Position numbers and translations under genes: made by a program
In this document: in pieces, positions 34,862 to 44,132 of the stretch
Layout of the letters: each line of letters begins with the position of its first letter
How positions within the stretch are numbered: the stretch's first letter is position 1
The notes under the pieces: model-generated
What the model was told of the DNA's origin: nothing
What the model saw: the letters and a program-made list of their open reading frames with translations, nothing else
Databases searched by the model: none
Origin: Gemmatimonadales bacterium
GTDB lineage: Bacteria; Gemmatimonadota; Gemmatimonadetes; Gemmatimonadales; GWC2-71-9
Assembly: GCA_050183815.1 (NCBI GenBank)
Contig: JBFXAY010000004.1
Location: forward strand, 976-64,975
Reading direction: 5' to 3'
Length of the DNA stretch: 64,000 bases

Positions 34862-36697
34862 CTAACGATTCGTCACGGACACCGACAGGTGCGACGGATA
34901 CCGGGTCGAGCGGTAGACCCGGTGGGTCTGCGCCCGGTAGTCGGCGTCGCGGGCCTTGAAGATGTTCGGCACGAAGGTCTGGGGGTTGCGGTCGATCAGC
35001 GGGAACCAGGTGCTCTGGACCTGCACCATGATCCGGTGCCCCCGCTTGAACGTGTAGTCGGCTGAGTGGAGATCGATTTGGTACTCCGTCACCCGGTTGG
35101 CGACGAGCGGGGCAGGCTGTTCATAGCTGCGGAGGAACCGGCCCCGGAACACGTCGCCCACGACCATCAACTGGTAACCGCTCATCTCGAGGCGGCTCTC
35201 GTCGCGGTCGGGGTAGACGTCGATCAGCTTGACGATCCAGTCCGCGTCGGTCCCGGTCGTCGAGGCGAAGAGATTGGCCATCACTTTGCCGGAGATCGTC
35301 ACGTCGGCGTCGAGCGTTTCGGTCTCGAAGCTCAGGACGTCCGGGCGGAGATGGCTGTGGCGCTGGTCGTCCACCTGCCAGAGCGGCCAGGTCGAGGCCG
35401 GCTGGCCCCCATAGAGCGGGAAGATGGGACGGGTGCGGTACGGCACCGGCCGGGCCGGGTCCGACACGAAGGCATCGACCCCCGCGACGGCGTTGGGCCG
35501 CGTCCAGGTGAGCCTGCCGCCGGGCGCGAAGTAGAGCTGTCGCTCGGTCACACCGCTCCGGGGCGGCCAGGCGTCGTGTCGCTCCCAGGTGTTGTCGCCC
35601 GGGCGGAAGGTGAGCGCCTCGGGAAGGTCGAGCCGGCCTTTGTCCTTGAGCCACCAGGCGAACCAGGGGGCCTCCACCGAGTCGCGGAAGAAAGCGCTGG
35701 TGTTGGCGCCGAATTGGATGGGGCCCAGCGCCGACCCGTCGGTCCGGGCCCAGCCGCCGTGGTTCCACGGACCGACGACCAGATAGTTGAGGCCGGAGCG
35801 GTCGAGGCTCTCCATTTTCTCGTAGATGGTGAGCGGGCCGTAGAAGTCCTCCTGGTCCCACCAGCCGGCCACCGTCAGGGTCGGCACGGTCACCTTGGTG
35901 AGGTGCCGGATCACCTTGCGCGACTTCCAGTAGTCGTCGAAGGCATGGTGTTCGACGAAGTCGGTCCACGCCGGCTTCTCGCCGTGGAGGTACTTCGCAT
36001 CGGCGTTGGCGAGGCCGCCGAGTTTGAGGAACCAGTCGTAGGTGTCGATCCGGTCGAACGTGAACGGCGTGGATCGCTGACCGTCGATGGCCACGACGTA
36101 TTCGAAACCGTAGCTCAGGCGGAACGCGCCGTTGTGATGGAAGTCGTCGCCGAGGAACATGTCGTCCGGCGAGGCCTGCGGCGACGTGGCCTTGAGGGCC
36201 GGGTGCGGATCGAGCAGGGCCATCATCGTGGTCCAGCCGCCGTACGAGATGCCCCGCATCCCGACCCGCCCGTTGTGACCGGGCACGTTCTTGATGAGCC
36301 AGTCCACCGTGTCCCACGCGTCGGTCGTTTCGTCGATGGCGCTCGTGTCTCCCGGGGCCCGGGTCGGCCGGATCATCGAGAATCGGCCTTCGGAGGAGTA
36401 CTTTCCGCGGAGGTCCTGACAGATGAAGAGGTAGCGTTCCGCCGCCAGGGTCGGCGAGCCGGCGATCCCCCGCCGGCAGCCGCTTTCGGCGTCATAGGGC
36501 GTCCGCTCCAGCATGATCGGCAGCGGGCCGGCGGCGTTCTTCGGCCGCCAGATCACGGTGTTGAGCCGAACGCCGTCCCGCATCGGGATCATCACGGTGC
36601 TGTGCTCGTAGTCGGCCAGCGGATCCTGCGCGCGGACGGGCAGCGGGGCGAGCAGGACGAACGCGGCGGCCAGGGCGCGGGAAGCGGAGCGGTTCAT
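34862..36697 (-). CDS. Exported CocE/NonD-family hydrolase (S15 X-Pro dipeptidyl-peptidase-like)
   Basis: Start at the internal ATG 36697 (MNRSASRALAAAFVLLAPLPVRAQ). MIPMRDGVRLNTVIWRP, GISYGG nucleophile motif, and a C-terminal jelly-roll domain. Confidence 0.85.
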   Translation of the reverse strand: MNRSASRALAAAFVLLAPLPVRAQDPLADYEHSTVMIPMRDGVRLNTVIWRPKNAAGPLPIMLERTPYDAESGCRRGIAGSPTLAAERYLFICQDLRGKYSSEGRFSMIRPTRAPGDTSAIDETTDAWDTVDWLIKNVPGHNGRVGMRGISYGGWTTMMALLDPHPALKATSPQASPDDMFLGDDFHHNGAFRLSYGFEYVVAIDGQRSTPFTFDRIDTYDWFLKLGGLANADAKYLHGEKPAWTDFVEHHAFDDYWKSRKVIRHLTKVTVPTLTVAGWWDQEDFYGPLTIYEKMESLDRSGLNYLVVGPWNHGGWARTDGSALGPIQFGANTSAFFRDSVEAPWFAWWLKDKGRLDLPEALTFRPGDNTWERHDAWPPRSGVTERQLYFAPGGRLTWTRPNAVAGVDAFVSDPARPVPYRTRPIFPLYGGQPASTWPLWQVDDQRHSHLRPDVLSFETETLDADVTISGKVMANLFASTTGTDADWIVKLIDVYPDRDESRLEMSGYQLMVVGDVFRGRFLRSYEQPAPLVANRVTEYQIDLHSADYTFKRGHRIMVQVQSTWFPLIDRNPQTFVPNIFKARDADYRAQTHRVYRSTRYPSHLSVSVTNR

Positions 36698-37046
36698 GAG
36701 CGGCCATCCGAGGTTGGATACAAAACTGTGTCCACCGCTCGAATTTCCGCTCGGGGTGCGGCTTTGGCAAGCGAGCCCGGCCCCCGAAGCCAAGCGGGCA
36801 ATCCGGGGCCGTGGTTCGGCGGGACCGGCTTCCAAGCCGACGCCCACCGGAAGACCGACTGCGTCATCCGGCGGGGTCGTTATGTCCGTCGATCCGCGAG
36901 CGCGAATCCTCGCAAGGAAAGTCGGCCCGCGACGTCACGCCGGGCCGAGGATCCGGCCACGAGTCGGTAACCGGTCCGGCCCCGGGGCCAGGACCGAAGG
37001 CGGAGGAGCCGGCCCCCGACCTGGAGCAGGCAGGCCCCGGGCCGGC

Positions 37047-37823
37047 CTAGAACTCCTCCCGTCCGAACCGCCAGACCGCGGCCAGAACGAGTCCCACCGC
37101 CAGTGCGGCGCTGCTGGCCACCGGGATCCACACCGGCACTGGCGCCGCTTCCCACCGCGCCACCTTCGACGCCGCGTTGGTGATCAACCACGGCATCGCG
37201 AGGACGAACCACTTGGGCAGGTAGTTGATGAGGATCTGCCCGCCGATCCAGAAGCCCAAGGCCACACCGGCGACCGGGCCGCGCGACCCGAACACCGTTC
37301 CAAGAAACAGCGTGAAGGCGATGTAGAACGTCTGATGCACCGCGGCAAGGCCTACGGCTTCGAAAAAGTGCTCCGGCGCGGGCGTCGTGCCGATCAGCAA
37401 CTGCGAGGCCACCAGCGTCGTCAGGGACGGCAGCAGCAGGGACAGCAGCAGGAACGTGAAGGTGATCGCGACGAACTTGGCCAGAATGAACGCCGGCCGC
37501 GCGATCGGCTTCGTCAGGACCCACGCCGCCGTGCCGGAGTTCTTCTCCCCGACGATCGACCCCTGCGACACCAGCACGGCACCGATCAGCCCGAAGAACC
37601 CGCCGACCTGGAAGAACACCGTGAAGGCCTCGGACAGGGCCCGAGCCTGGCCCCGGTTCGATTCATCCCGGGTCACCATGACGACGAAGCCGGTGATGAC
37701 GACCTGCCAGAGAACGAGATGAACCAGCCAGCGCCGGGTCCGCCACCAGCCGGCCATCTCCTTGCCGAGGAAGTTCCGGAACCCGGCGGCCCACCCGGAT
37801 GAAACGACGGTCTCGAGCGTCAT
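37047..37823 (-). CDS. ABC-2 type exporter permease
   Basis: 258 aa, about six TM segments. Its start overlaps the stop of the ATPase gene (37820-37823). Confidence 0.75.
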   Translation of the reverse strand: MTLETVVSSGWAAGFRNFLGKEMAGWWRTRRWLVHLVLWQVVITGFVVMVTRDESNRGQARALSEAFTVFFQVGGFFGLIGAVLVSQGSIVGEKNSGTAAWVLTKPIARPAFILAKFVAITFTFLLLSLLLPSLTTLVASQLLIGTTPAPEHFFEAVGLAAVHQTFYIAFTLFLGTVFGSRGPVAGVALGFWIGGQILINYLPKWFVLAMPWLITNAASKVARWEAAPVPVWIPVASSAALAVGLVLAAVWRFGREEF

Positions 37824-38782
37824 CGGGCCGGGCCTCCCTCGATCATTTCGATGAACACGTCTTCGAGCTGGTAGCGCCGGCGGCCGAAACTCCGGACCCG
37901 GGTGCCCTCGTCGGCGAGGATCGTCCGGAGCAGCTGCGCGTCAGCGGCGGCATCGTCGCTCACCGCCACAGCCCAGCGGCTGCCGCCTTCGACGGCGGTT
38001 TCATCGAGGGAGATGATCCACGGCATCCCGGCCACCCGGCGCCGGGCACCGTCCGCGTCGCCCGCCAGGTCGACGATGAACGTGGTATGCCCCGAACCCG
38101 AGAGGAGCGTTTCGATCGGCGCCTGGGCCACGAGGCGCCCGTGGTTGAGGATCGCGACCGAATCGCTCACCCGCTGCACGTCGTCGAGAATGTGCGTGGA
38201 GTAGAAAATCGTGGTCCGCTCCCGGAGCCGGGCCATGACCTCGAGCACGTCCCGGCGCCCCATCGGGTCGAGCGAGGCGGCCGGTTCATCGAGGATCAAG
38301 AGCTCGGGCTTGCCGACCTGCGCCTGGGCGATGCCCAGGCGCTGCCGTTCCCCGCCGGAGAAGCCTTTGATCGGACGGTCGGCCTTGTCGGACAAGCCGA
38401 CGAGATCGAGCGTCTCGGCCAGATGGCGCTCGAGATCGGCGTGCGGCCCCGAGAAGAAGAACCGGGCGGTGAACCGCAGTGTCTCCCGCGCGGTCAGGTA
38501 GTCGTAGTAGCGGGGTTCCTGCGCCAGATAGCCGATCCGGCGCCGCACCTCGAGCGTGTCGCGTTCGGCGTCGAGGCCGAACAGCGTCGCGGTACCGCCG
38601 GTCGGCCGGGCCAGGCCAAGGAGCAGCTTGATGGTGGTGGTCTTCCCCGCCCCGTTCGGGCCGAGGAAGCCGAAGATCGAATTGCGGCTGACCTCGAGAT
38701 CGAGGTTGGTCAGTGCCTCCACCCCCCGATATCGCTTGGTGAGGCCTCGGGTCTTGATGACCAGCGGCTCGGCGGAATCCAT
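37820..38782 (-). CDS. ABC transporter ATP-binding protein (ABC-2 subfamily, C-terminal accessory domain)
   Basis: Walker A GPNGAGKTT, signature FSGGERQRL, Walker B LLILDEP, H-loop STH. 320 aa. Confidence 0.9.
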   Translation of the reverse strand: MDSAEPLVIKTRGLTKRYRGVEALTNLDLEVSRNSIFGFLGPNGAGKTTTIKLLLGLARPTGGTATLFGLDAERDTLEVRRRIGYLAQEPRYYDYLTARETLRFTARFFFSGPHADLERHLAETLDLVGLSDKADRPIKGFSGGERQRLGIAQAQVGKPELLILDEPAASLDPMGRRDVLEVMARLRERTTIFYSTHILDDVQRVSDSVAILNHGRLVAQAPIETLLSGSGHTTFIVDLAGDADGARRRVAGMPWIISLDETAVEGGSRWAVAVSDDAAADAQLLRTILADEGTRVRSFGRRRYQLEDVFIEMIEGGPAR

Positions 38783-38884
38783 CGCGGACGCTCCGAGTTC
38801 GGCTTGAAGGACGGTTCTGATGAATGGGAGCTTTTACGGCCCAGAGACGAAACGGTTTCACGATGGAACAGTCAAGTGCGTATT

Positions 38885-38938
38885 CGACATATCGCGATAT
38901 ATCTTGACAGATCGTGAAACCTATCGTACGATATGTCG
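38885..38938 (+). promoter_or_regulatory. Sigma70-like promoter embedded in nested palindromes (candidate PadR operator) between divergent operons
   Basis: TTGACA (38904-38909), 17 nt, then TACGAT (38927-32). Perfect palindromes ATATCGCGATAT (38889-38900) and ATCGTACGAT (38923-38932). 10-bp inverted arms CGACATATCG (38885-94) and CGATATGTCG (38929-38). Local GC trough. Confidence 0.55.
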
Positions 38939-38990
38939 CGTACGGTGATTGCTCGTTCCAGAACTGACCTGAAATCGGCGGGGTGGTCCT

Positions 38991-39572
38991 ATGAGCAAGT
39001 ACAATGATGACTGGGGGTTCGGCGATCTCTTCGGGATCAGTTTCGACCCCAGCAAATTCGAGTTCCGCTTCGGCGGTGGCCGCCACCGAGGCGGCCGGCG
39101 CCGACGCCAGATGTTCGAGTCCGGAGAGGTGAAGTTCGTGATCCTCCGGCTCCTTCGCGACAAACCCCGCCACGGCTACGAGATCATCAAGGCGCTCGAG
39201 GAGCGGCTGGCTGGCTGCTACACCCCGTCCGCCGGCACCGTGTATCCGACCCTGCAGCTGCTGGAAGACCAGGGCTATGTCCGGGCCGTCGAGCAAGACG
39301 GGAAGAAGGTGTACCACATCACCCCCGAGGGCGAGGCGTTCCTGGACGAGAACCGGGATCTGCTCGAGGACATCTTCGAGCGGGTTCGCGACACGGTGCG
39401 GGAGTTCACCGGCGGCCACATGGGCGAGCTCAACCACGCCTTCTCGAAGCTGGCCCGGGTGACCTTCCGCCGGGCCTGGCGGAAGGGGCCCGACCACCCG
39501 GCGGTCGCCCGCGTCGTCGAGATCCTCCGCCGCACCACCGACGAGATCGAGCGGGAGTGGGAAAGCGCCTGA
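38991..39572 (+). CDS. PadR-family transcriptional regulator
   Basis: FVILRLLRDKPRHGYEIIKALEE ... SAGTVYPTLQLLEDQGYV ... YHITPEG is the canonical PadR winged-helix signature. Confidence 0.9.
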   Translation: MSKYNDDWGFGDLFGISFDPSKFEFRFGGGRHRGGRRRRQMFESGEVKFVILRLLRDKPRHGYEIIKALEERLAGCYTPSAGTVYPTLQLLEDQGYVRAVEQDGKKVYHITPEGEAFLDENRDLLEDIFERVRDTVREFTGGHMGELNHAFSKLARVTFRRAWRKGPDHPAVARVVEILRRTTDEIEREWESA

Positions 39573-39621
39573 CCCCTCGAATCTGATCCGCTAGTCCGGG
39601 TTCTTCCCGAGGAGGTACGCC

Positions 39622-39885
39622 GTGAGTGTTGCCGCGATCATCATTGCCGTGGCCATCGCCTCCTCCATTGCCGGCCGGTCCGGCCGGCGATGGCGGCGGG
39701 GCCGCTGGGGCGGGTGGGACGACGGCGCTGACGCCGAAATCGCCCAGCTCCGCCAGGAACTCGAGCACCGGGCCGCGGATCTGGACCTGCTGCATCAACG
39801 GGTCGCGGAACTGGAGAACCGCCTCGACTTCACCGAGCGGCTGCTGGCATCCGGTCACGCCCAGGAAAACCACCCGACGGGCTGA
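39622..39885 (+). CDS. Small membrane-anchored coiled-coil protein (unknown function)
   Basis: 87 aa, GTG start. An N-terminal TM (AAIIIAVAIASSIAG), an Arg/Trp-rich juxtamembrane patch, then heptad-like LRQELEHRAADLDLLHQRVAELENRL. Sits between the PadR and ABC genes. Confidence 0.5.
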   Translation: MSVAAIIIAVAIASSIAGRSGRRWRRGRWGGWDDGADAEIAQLRQELEHRAADLDLLHQRVAELENRLDFTERLLASGHAQENHPTG

Positions 39886-39930
39886 TCGCCGCTGGTGGAC
39901 TCCCCGAGCGGAGGCTACCCTTTTCGTCCC

Positions 39931-40872
39931 ATGAACGGACCGAACCACGCCCCCGCGGTGTCGCTGCGGGGCCTCGTCAAGCAGTACGAGGACGTCACCG
40001 CGGTGGCGGGCATCGATCTCGAGATCCGGCGGGGGGAATGCTTCGGCCTCCTCGGACCGAACGGCGCGGGCAAGACGACCACGATCGAGATCTGCGAAGG
40101 TCTCACCCGGCCGACGGCCGGTGAGGTCCGGATCCTCGGGCTCGATCATGCCACGGCGGGCCGGGAGATCCGCGCCCGGATCGGGATCTCGCTCCAGGAA
40201 ACCCGGCTCACCGAAAAACTCACCGTCGAAGAAACGGTCCGGCTCTTCCGAAGCTTCTATCCCAGGAGCCGCCCGGTCGACGAGGCGATCGCCGCGGTGC
40301 AGCTCGACGAAAAACGCCGCGCTCGCGTCGGCCAGCTCTCCGGCGGCCAGCGCCAGCGACTCGCGCTGGCCTGCGCGCTCGTGGGCGACCCCGAGCTCTT
40401 CTTTCTCGACGAGCCGACCACCGGGCTCGACCCGCAATCCCGCCGCCAGCTGTGGGAACTGATCGAAGGGATGAAGGCGCGAGGCCGCACCGTGGTGATC
40501 ACGACCCATTACATGGATGAAGCCGAGCGCCTGTGCGATCGCGTGGCGATCGTGGATCACGGCAAAGTGATCGCGCTGGGCACGCCGGCCGAGCTGATTG
40601 CCATGCTCGCGAGCGAGCACGTCGTCGAGTTCGGGATCGAACCGCCGGGCGAGCTCGCCGAGGACGAATTGCGCGCGCTGCCCGGGGTCATCGGCCTCCG
40701 GGCCGCCGCCGACGGATACCAGCTCGACGTGGGCCGGGTACACGAGACGATTCCGGCCCTGCTGTCGCTCCTCGGCCAGCGGTCGCTGGCCCTGTCGCAC
40801 CTCGCGACCCACACGGCCACGCTCGAAGACCTCTTCGTGCATCTGACCGGAAGGCACCTCCGCGATGGCTGA
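39931..40872 (+). CDS. ABC transporter ATP-binding protein (ABC-2/DrrA-like)
   Basis: Walker A GPNGAGKTT, signature LSGGQRQRL, Walker B FFLDEP, H-loop TTH. The start is uncertain (ATG 39931 or GTG 39895). Confidence 0.9.
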   Translation: MNGPNHAPAVSLRGLVKQYEDVTAVAGIDLEIRRGECFGLLGPNGAGKTTTIEICEGLTRPTAGEVRILGLDHATAGREIRARIGISLQETRLTEKLTVEETVRLFRSFYPRSRPVDEAIAAVQLDEKRRARVGQLSGGQRQRLALACALVGDPELFFLDEPTTGLDPQSRRQLWELIEGMKARGRTVVITTHYMDEAERLCDRVAIVDHGKVIALGTPAELIAMLASEHVVEFGIEPPGELAEDELRALPGVIGLRAAADGYQLDVGRVHETIPALLSLLGQRSLALSHLATHTATLEDLFVHLTGRHLRDG

Positions 40873-41920
40873 CGCCCCCCGCCCTTTCGCCGACCGGCCG
40901 CTCGCGCAACTCGTCCTGGCCCGGATCCGGGAGTATTACCGCGAACCGGAAGCGCTGTTCTGGACCTTCGTCTTTCCGCTGCTGATGGCGGCGGGCCTCG
41001 CCGTGGCGTTTCGATCGCGGCCACCGGAGGTCCCGTCGATCGGCGTCGTGGCCGGACCGGAAGCCGACAGCCTGGTTGCGGCGTTGACCGCCGACTCGGC
41101 CTTCCGTGCCGTCGTCCTCGACGACAGCACCGGCCTGCGTCGCCTCACGACGGGCAAGGTGGCCATCCTGGTCCGCCAGCGCGCCGATTCGGTCGAGTAC
41201 CAGTATGACCCGACCCGGCCCGAAGGGCTCGCCGCCCGCCGGGCGGTCGACGACGCCCTGCAACGCGGGGCCGGCCGGACCGATCCGATCCCGGTCAGGG
41301 AACAGGCGGTGACCGAGCGCGGCTCCCGGTACATCGACTTCCTCATTCCCGGCCTGCTCGGCATGAGTCTGATGTCGAACAGCATGTGGGGTATCGGCTA
41401 CGGCGTCGTCGATCAGCGCCGCCGGAAGCTGCTGCGCCGGTTCGTCGCGACCCCGATGTCGCGCTCGACCTACCTCGCCTCGTTTGCGATCGCGCGGCTG
41501 ACCGTGCTGCCGCTCGAAGCGGGATTCCTGGTCACGATCGGTGCCCTGGTGTTCGGGGTTCCCGTTCGCGGGTCGCTCGTCACCCTCGGGCTCGTGTGCC
41601 TGCTGAGCACCGTGTCCTTCGGCGGGCTCGGGCTCCTGATCGCCGCCCGGCCGAAAACGGTCGAGGCGGCCGGCGGCCTGATGAACTTCGCCATGCTGCC
41701 GATGTGGGTGCTGTCGGGCGTGTTCTTCTCGTCGGACAATTTTCCGGCGGCCGTCCAGCCGCTGATCAAGGCGCTGCCCCTCACCGCCGCCAACGACGCT
41801 CTGCGCGCCACGATGCTCGACGGCGCCGGCCTGCTCCAGATTGCGCCCTCGCTGGGTGTCCTGGCGATCTGGCTGGTCCTGAGTTTCCCGCTCGCGGTCC
41901 GGATCTTTCGCTGGAATTGA
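40865..41920 (+). CDS. ABC-2 type exporter permease
   Basis: 351 aa. An N-terminal TM, a large extracytoplasmic loop and five C-terminal TMs. Overlaps the ATPase stop by 8 nt. Confidence 0.8.
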   Translation: MADAPRPFADRPLAQLVLARIREYYREPEALFWTFVFPLLMAAGLAVAFRSRPPEVPSIGVVAGPEADSLVAALTADSAFRAVVLDDSTGLRRLTTGKVAILVRQRADSVEYQYDPTRPEGLAARRAVDDALQRGAGRTDPIPVREQAVTERGSRYIDFLIPGLLGMSLMSNSMWGIGYGVVDQRRRKLLRRFVATPMSRSTYLASFAIARLTVLPLEAGFLVTIGALVFGVPVRGSLVTLGLVCLLSTVSFGGLGLLIAARPKTVEAAGGLMNFAMLPMWVLSGVFFSSDNFPAAVQPLIKALPLTAANDALRATMLDGAGLLQIAPSLGVLAIWLVLSFPLAVRIFRWN

Positions 41921-42010
41921 GCCGGACGGATCCTCCGTCCGGCTTTCCCGATCCAATCATCCGCCCTTCATGAGGGCACCGTTATGGTCTCCGAAGCAAG
42001 GGAGGTCACT

Positions 42011-42508
42011 ATGCGGCGGGTCCTTGGGTGGTTGGGGGTGGCGGGGGCGCTGGGCGCCTGTCACGTCACCAGTTCGCCGGTGCCGGTGCGCGGTTCGGTC
42101 GAACCGCTGGTCGGGGAGTGGGCGGGCGAGTACGTGAGCAAGGAAACGGGCCGGACCGGGTCGATCGTCTTCACCCTCGAAGCCGGCGCCGACACCGCCC
42201 GCGGGGACGTGCTGATGATTCCGCAGAACCCGGAATACCCGCCGACCTCGGTGCCCCGGACCGACGATCCGGTGGTTCGGGCACCGCGCGTGCTCAAGAT
42301 CAGCTTCGTCCGGTGCGAGGGTGCCGAGGTCACGGGGTGGCTCGATCCCTACCCGGATCCCGACACGGGCGAGAAGACCACGACGACGTTCGAGGGCGTC
42401 ATCCGGGGGAACAAGCTCGAGGGGACGTTCGTCTCGTTCCTGGAGATGTCGGGAAAGCGACGCAGCGGCACCTGGAGCGTCACCAGGAAGGCCGCCGCGT
42501 CGAAGTAG
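42011..42508 (+). CDS. Hypothetical lipoprotein
   Basis: Internal ATG 42011 gives MRRVLGWLGVAGALGAC (lipobox LGAC). High GC3. No recognisable domain. Confidence 0.55.
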   Translation: MRRVLGWLGVAGALGACHVTSSPVPVRGSVEPLVGEWAGEYVSKETGRTGSIVFTLEAGADTARGDVLMIPQNPEYPPTSVPRTDDPVVRAPRVLKISFVRCEGAEVTGWLDPYPDPDTGEKTTTTFEGVIRGNKLEGTFVSFLEMSGKRRSGTWSVTRKAAASK

Positions 42509-42523
42509 GCGCGACGGCCGCCG

Positions 42524-43192
42524 TCAGCGATAGCTGACGAACTCGCCGAGATCCTTCTTGCCGATATCCGGCACCTGCGCGTCGGGTGCCGGATATCCGG
42601 CCACCAGCAACAGAAACGGCTTCTCCGAAGCCGGGCGGCCCAGAATCTCGCTCAGGAAGCCCATCGGACTCGGGGTGTGCGTGAGCGTCGCCAGGCCGGC
42701 GTGGTGCAGCGCCGCGATGAGGAATCCGGTGGCGAGACCCACCGACTCGCTGACGTAGTAGTGCGCCGTGCGGCCGCCGCCCGGTTGGAGCCCGTACCGC
42801 TCGGCGAACACCGCGATCAGGTACGGAGCGGTTTCGAGATACGGCTTCTGGTCGTCGGTCCCGAGCGGCGCCAGCGCTTCCAGCCATTCCTTGGGCGCCC
42901 GGCCGCCGTAGAACTCCCGTTCCTCCGCCTCGGCGGCCTCCCGGATCTGCCGTTTGATCGACGCATCCGTCACCACTTCGAAGTGCCATGGCTGGAGGTT
43001 GGCGCCGCTCGGCGCCGAGCCGGCAGTTTCGAGGCAGGCATCGATCACTGCGCGCGGCACCGGTCGGTCGGAGAACATCCGGACGGTCCGGCGCCGGCGC
43101 ATTTCATCCCGGAAGGCCCGGGCCCGCGCGAGCATGTCCTCGGGCGGGTACTCGATGTAGCTGTCGAAGGGGACGAAGCGGGGTGGTGTCAT
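42524..43192 (-). CDS. Nitroreductase-superfamily flavoprotein of the iodotyrosine deiodinase (halotyrosine dehalogenase) subfamily
   Basis: [13 protein letters not shown] ... [13 protein letters not shown] (FMN-binding nitroreductase core). The segment [41 protein letters not shown] aligns by eye with the substrate-lid region of animal IYD (EE..Y ... K ... YLDTAP.LI). Confidence 0.7.
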   Translation of the reverse strand: MTPPRFVPFDSYIEYPPEDMLARARAFRDEMRRRRTVRMFSDRPVPRAVIDACLETAGSAPSGANLQPWHFEVVTDASIKRQIREAAEAEEREFYGGRAPKEWLEALAPLGTDDQKPYLETAPYLIAVFAERYGLQPGGGRTAHYYVSESVGLATGFLIAALHHAGLATLTHTPSPMGFLSEILGRPASEKPFLLLVAGYPAPDAQVPDIGKKDLGEFVSYR

Positions 43193-43247
43193 TGGTCGCG
43201 GCTACCGGGCGTTTCCGAGAAGGTAACCCCGACCGGGCCGGTTGCCG

Positions 43248-44039
43248 CTACTGGCGGCGGACCGTGACGCCGCCGTTGGTGGTGGATACGGAAATCGGCG
43301 GGCCGCCATCGCCCAGGGTGGTGGTCACCTGGCGGTTGAGGCGGCCGCGCACCCGGATCGGGAAGTCGAAGTCGAGACCGCCGTTCCTGGTGGCCACCTC
43401 GAGTTCGGCGCCGTAGTCGTCGGGCACCACGAGATCGACGCCGCCGTTGCGGGTCCGGGCGGTGAGCCCCCGCCCGTTCCAGCGGCGCCCGCCCAGGGCC
43501 ACGTCGACACCCCCATTCGTGGTCTCGGCCCGGACGTCGCCGCCCAGATTGGCGAGCGACAATCCGCCGTTCGTGGTGGCAAGGTCCATCTCGCCCGAGA
43601 CGTCCTCGACCGATATCCCGCCGTTGTTGCTTCGGACCCAGAGATCGGACCGGCGCGGGACCCGCAGTTCGTACGATACCGACCAGCCTTCGCGATCGCC
43701 GGTCCGGGGGCCCTCCGCCTCGATCTCGGTGCCGGAGGTCTGGATCCGGACCCCCCGCCCGATCTCCTCGGCGCGGTCGTCGCTGCGGGCGGAGGCCGTG
43801 ATCTTCGCCCGCAGCTCGATCTCGTTGCGATCCCACCCGATGACGGTGACTCCGCCGTTCGGCGAGGCAAGCACCTTGATCGTGCCGCCGGCCCGCAGGG
43901 TGCGGGTCTCCATGGTGCAGAAGCGCTCGCCCCACCGGCTCGAGCGTTCGGTGTCGCGACAGCTCAACTGGGCGGCGGCCGGGGCCGCGCCGAGGAGCGG
44001 GATGACGGTGGCGGCAAGGAGGACGACGGGAATTCGCAT
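43248..44039 (-). CDS. Exported DUF4097-like repeat protein (putative adhesin/beta-helix)
   Basis: Signal peptide MRIPVVLLAATVIPLLGAAPAAAQ. At least seven repeats of the NGG[VIL] motif (NGGVTV, NGGISV, NGGLSL, NGGVDV ...). Confidence 0.7.
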   Translation of the reverse strand: MRIPVVLLAATVIPLLGAAPAAAQLSCRDTERSSRWGERFCTMETRTLRAGGTIKVLASPNGGVTVIGWDRNEIELRAKITASARSDDRAEEIGRGVRIQTSGTEIEAEGPRTGDREGWSVSYELRVPRRSDLWVRSNNGGISVEDVSGEMDLATTNGGLSLANLGGDVRAETTNGGVDVALGGRRWNGRGLTARTRNGGVDLVVPDDYGAELEVATRNGGLDFDFPIRVRGRLNRQVTTTLGDGGPPISVSTTNGGVTVRRQ

Positions 44040-44062
44040 GCGCGGGACCTCGCTGAAACGTG

Positions 44063-44109
44063 TTCGGGACCGGAGCGGCTGTCTGCTAGAGACACCGTCC
44101 GGTCCCGAA
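44063..44109 (-). terminator. Long hairpin downstream of the 44133-44669 gene (possible terminator)
   Basis: 12-bp perfect arms TTCGGGACCGGA / TCCGGTCCCGAA with a 23-nt loop. Only a weak U-tract (CACGTTTC) follows on the minus strand. Confidence 0.35.
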
Positions 44110-44132
44110 ACGTTGCCACGCCGGTCAGGACA

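Noticed and set aside
36698-37046. 350-bp gap between the S15 peptidase start and the ABC permease end; tracked ORFs 36811-37050 (+, 79 aa) and 36880-37524 (-, 214 aa)
   Set aside because: Both ORFs translate to Arg/Pro/Gly-rich low-complexity strings, and one overlaps the permease antisense. I found no convincing RNA structure or motif. This is probably promoter/5' UTR DNA for the minus-strand operon.
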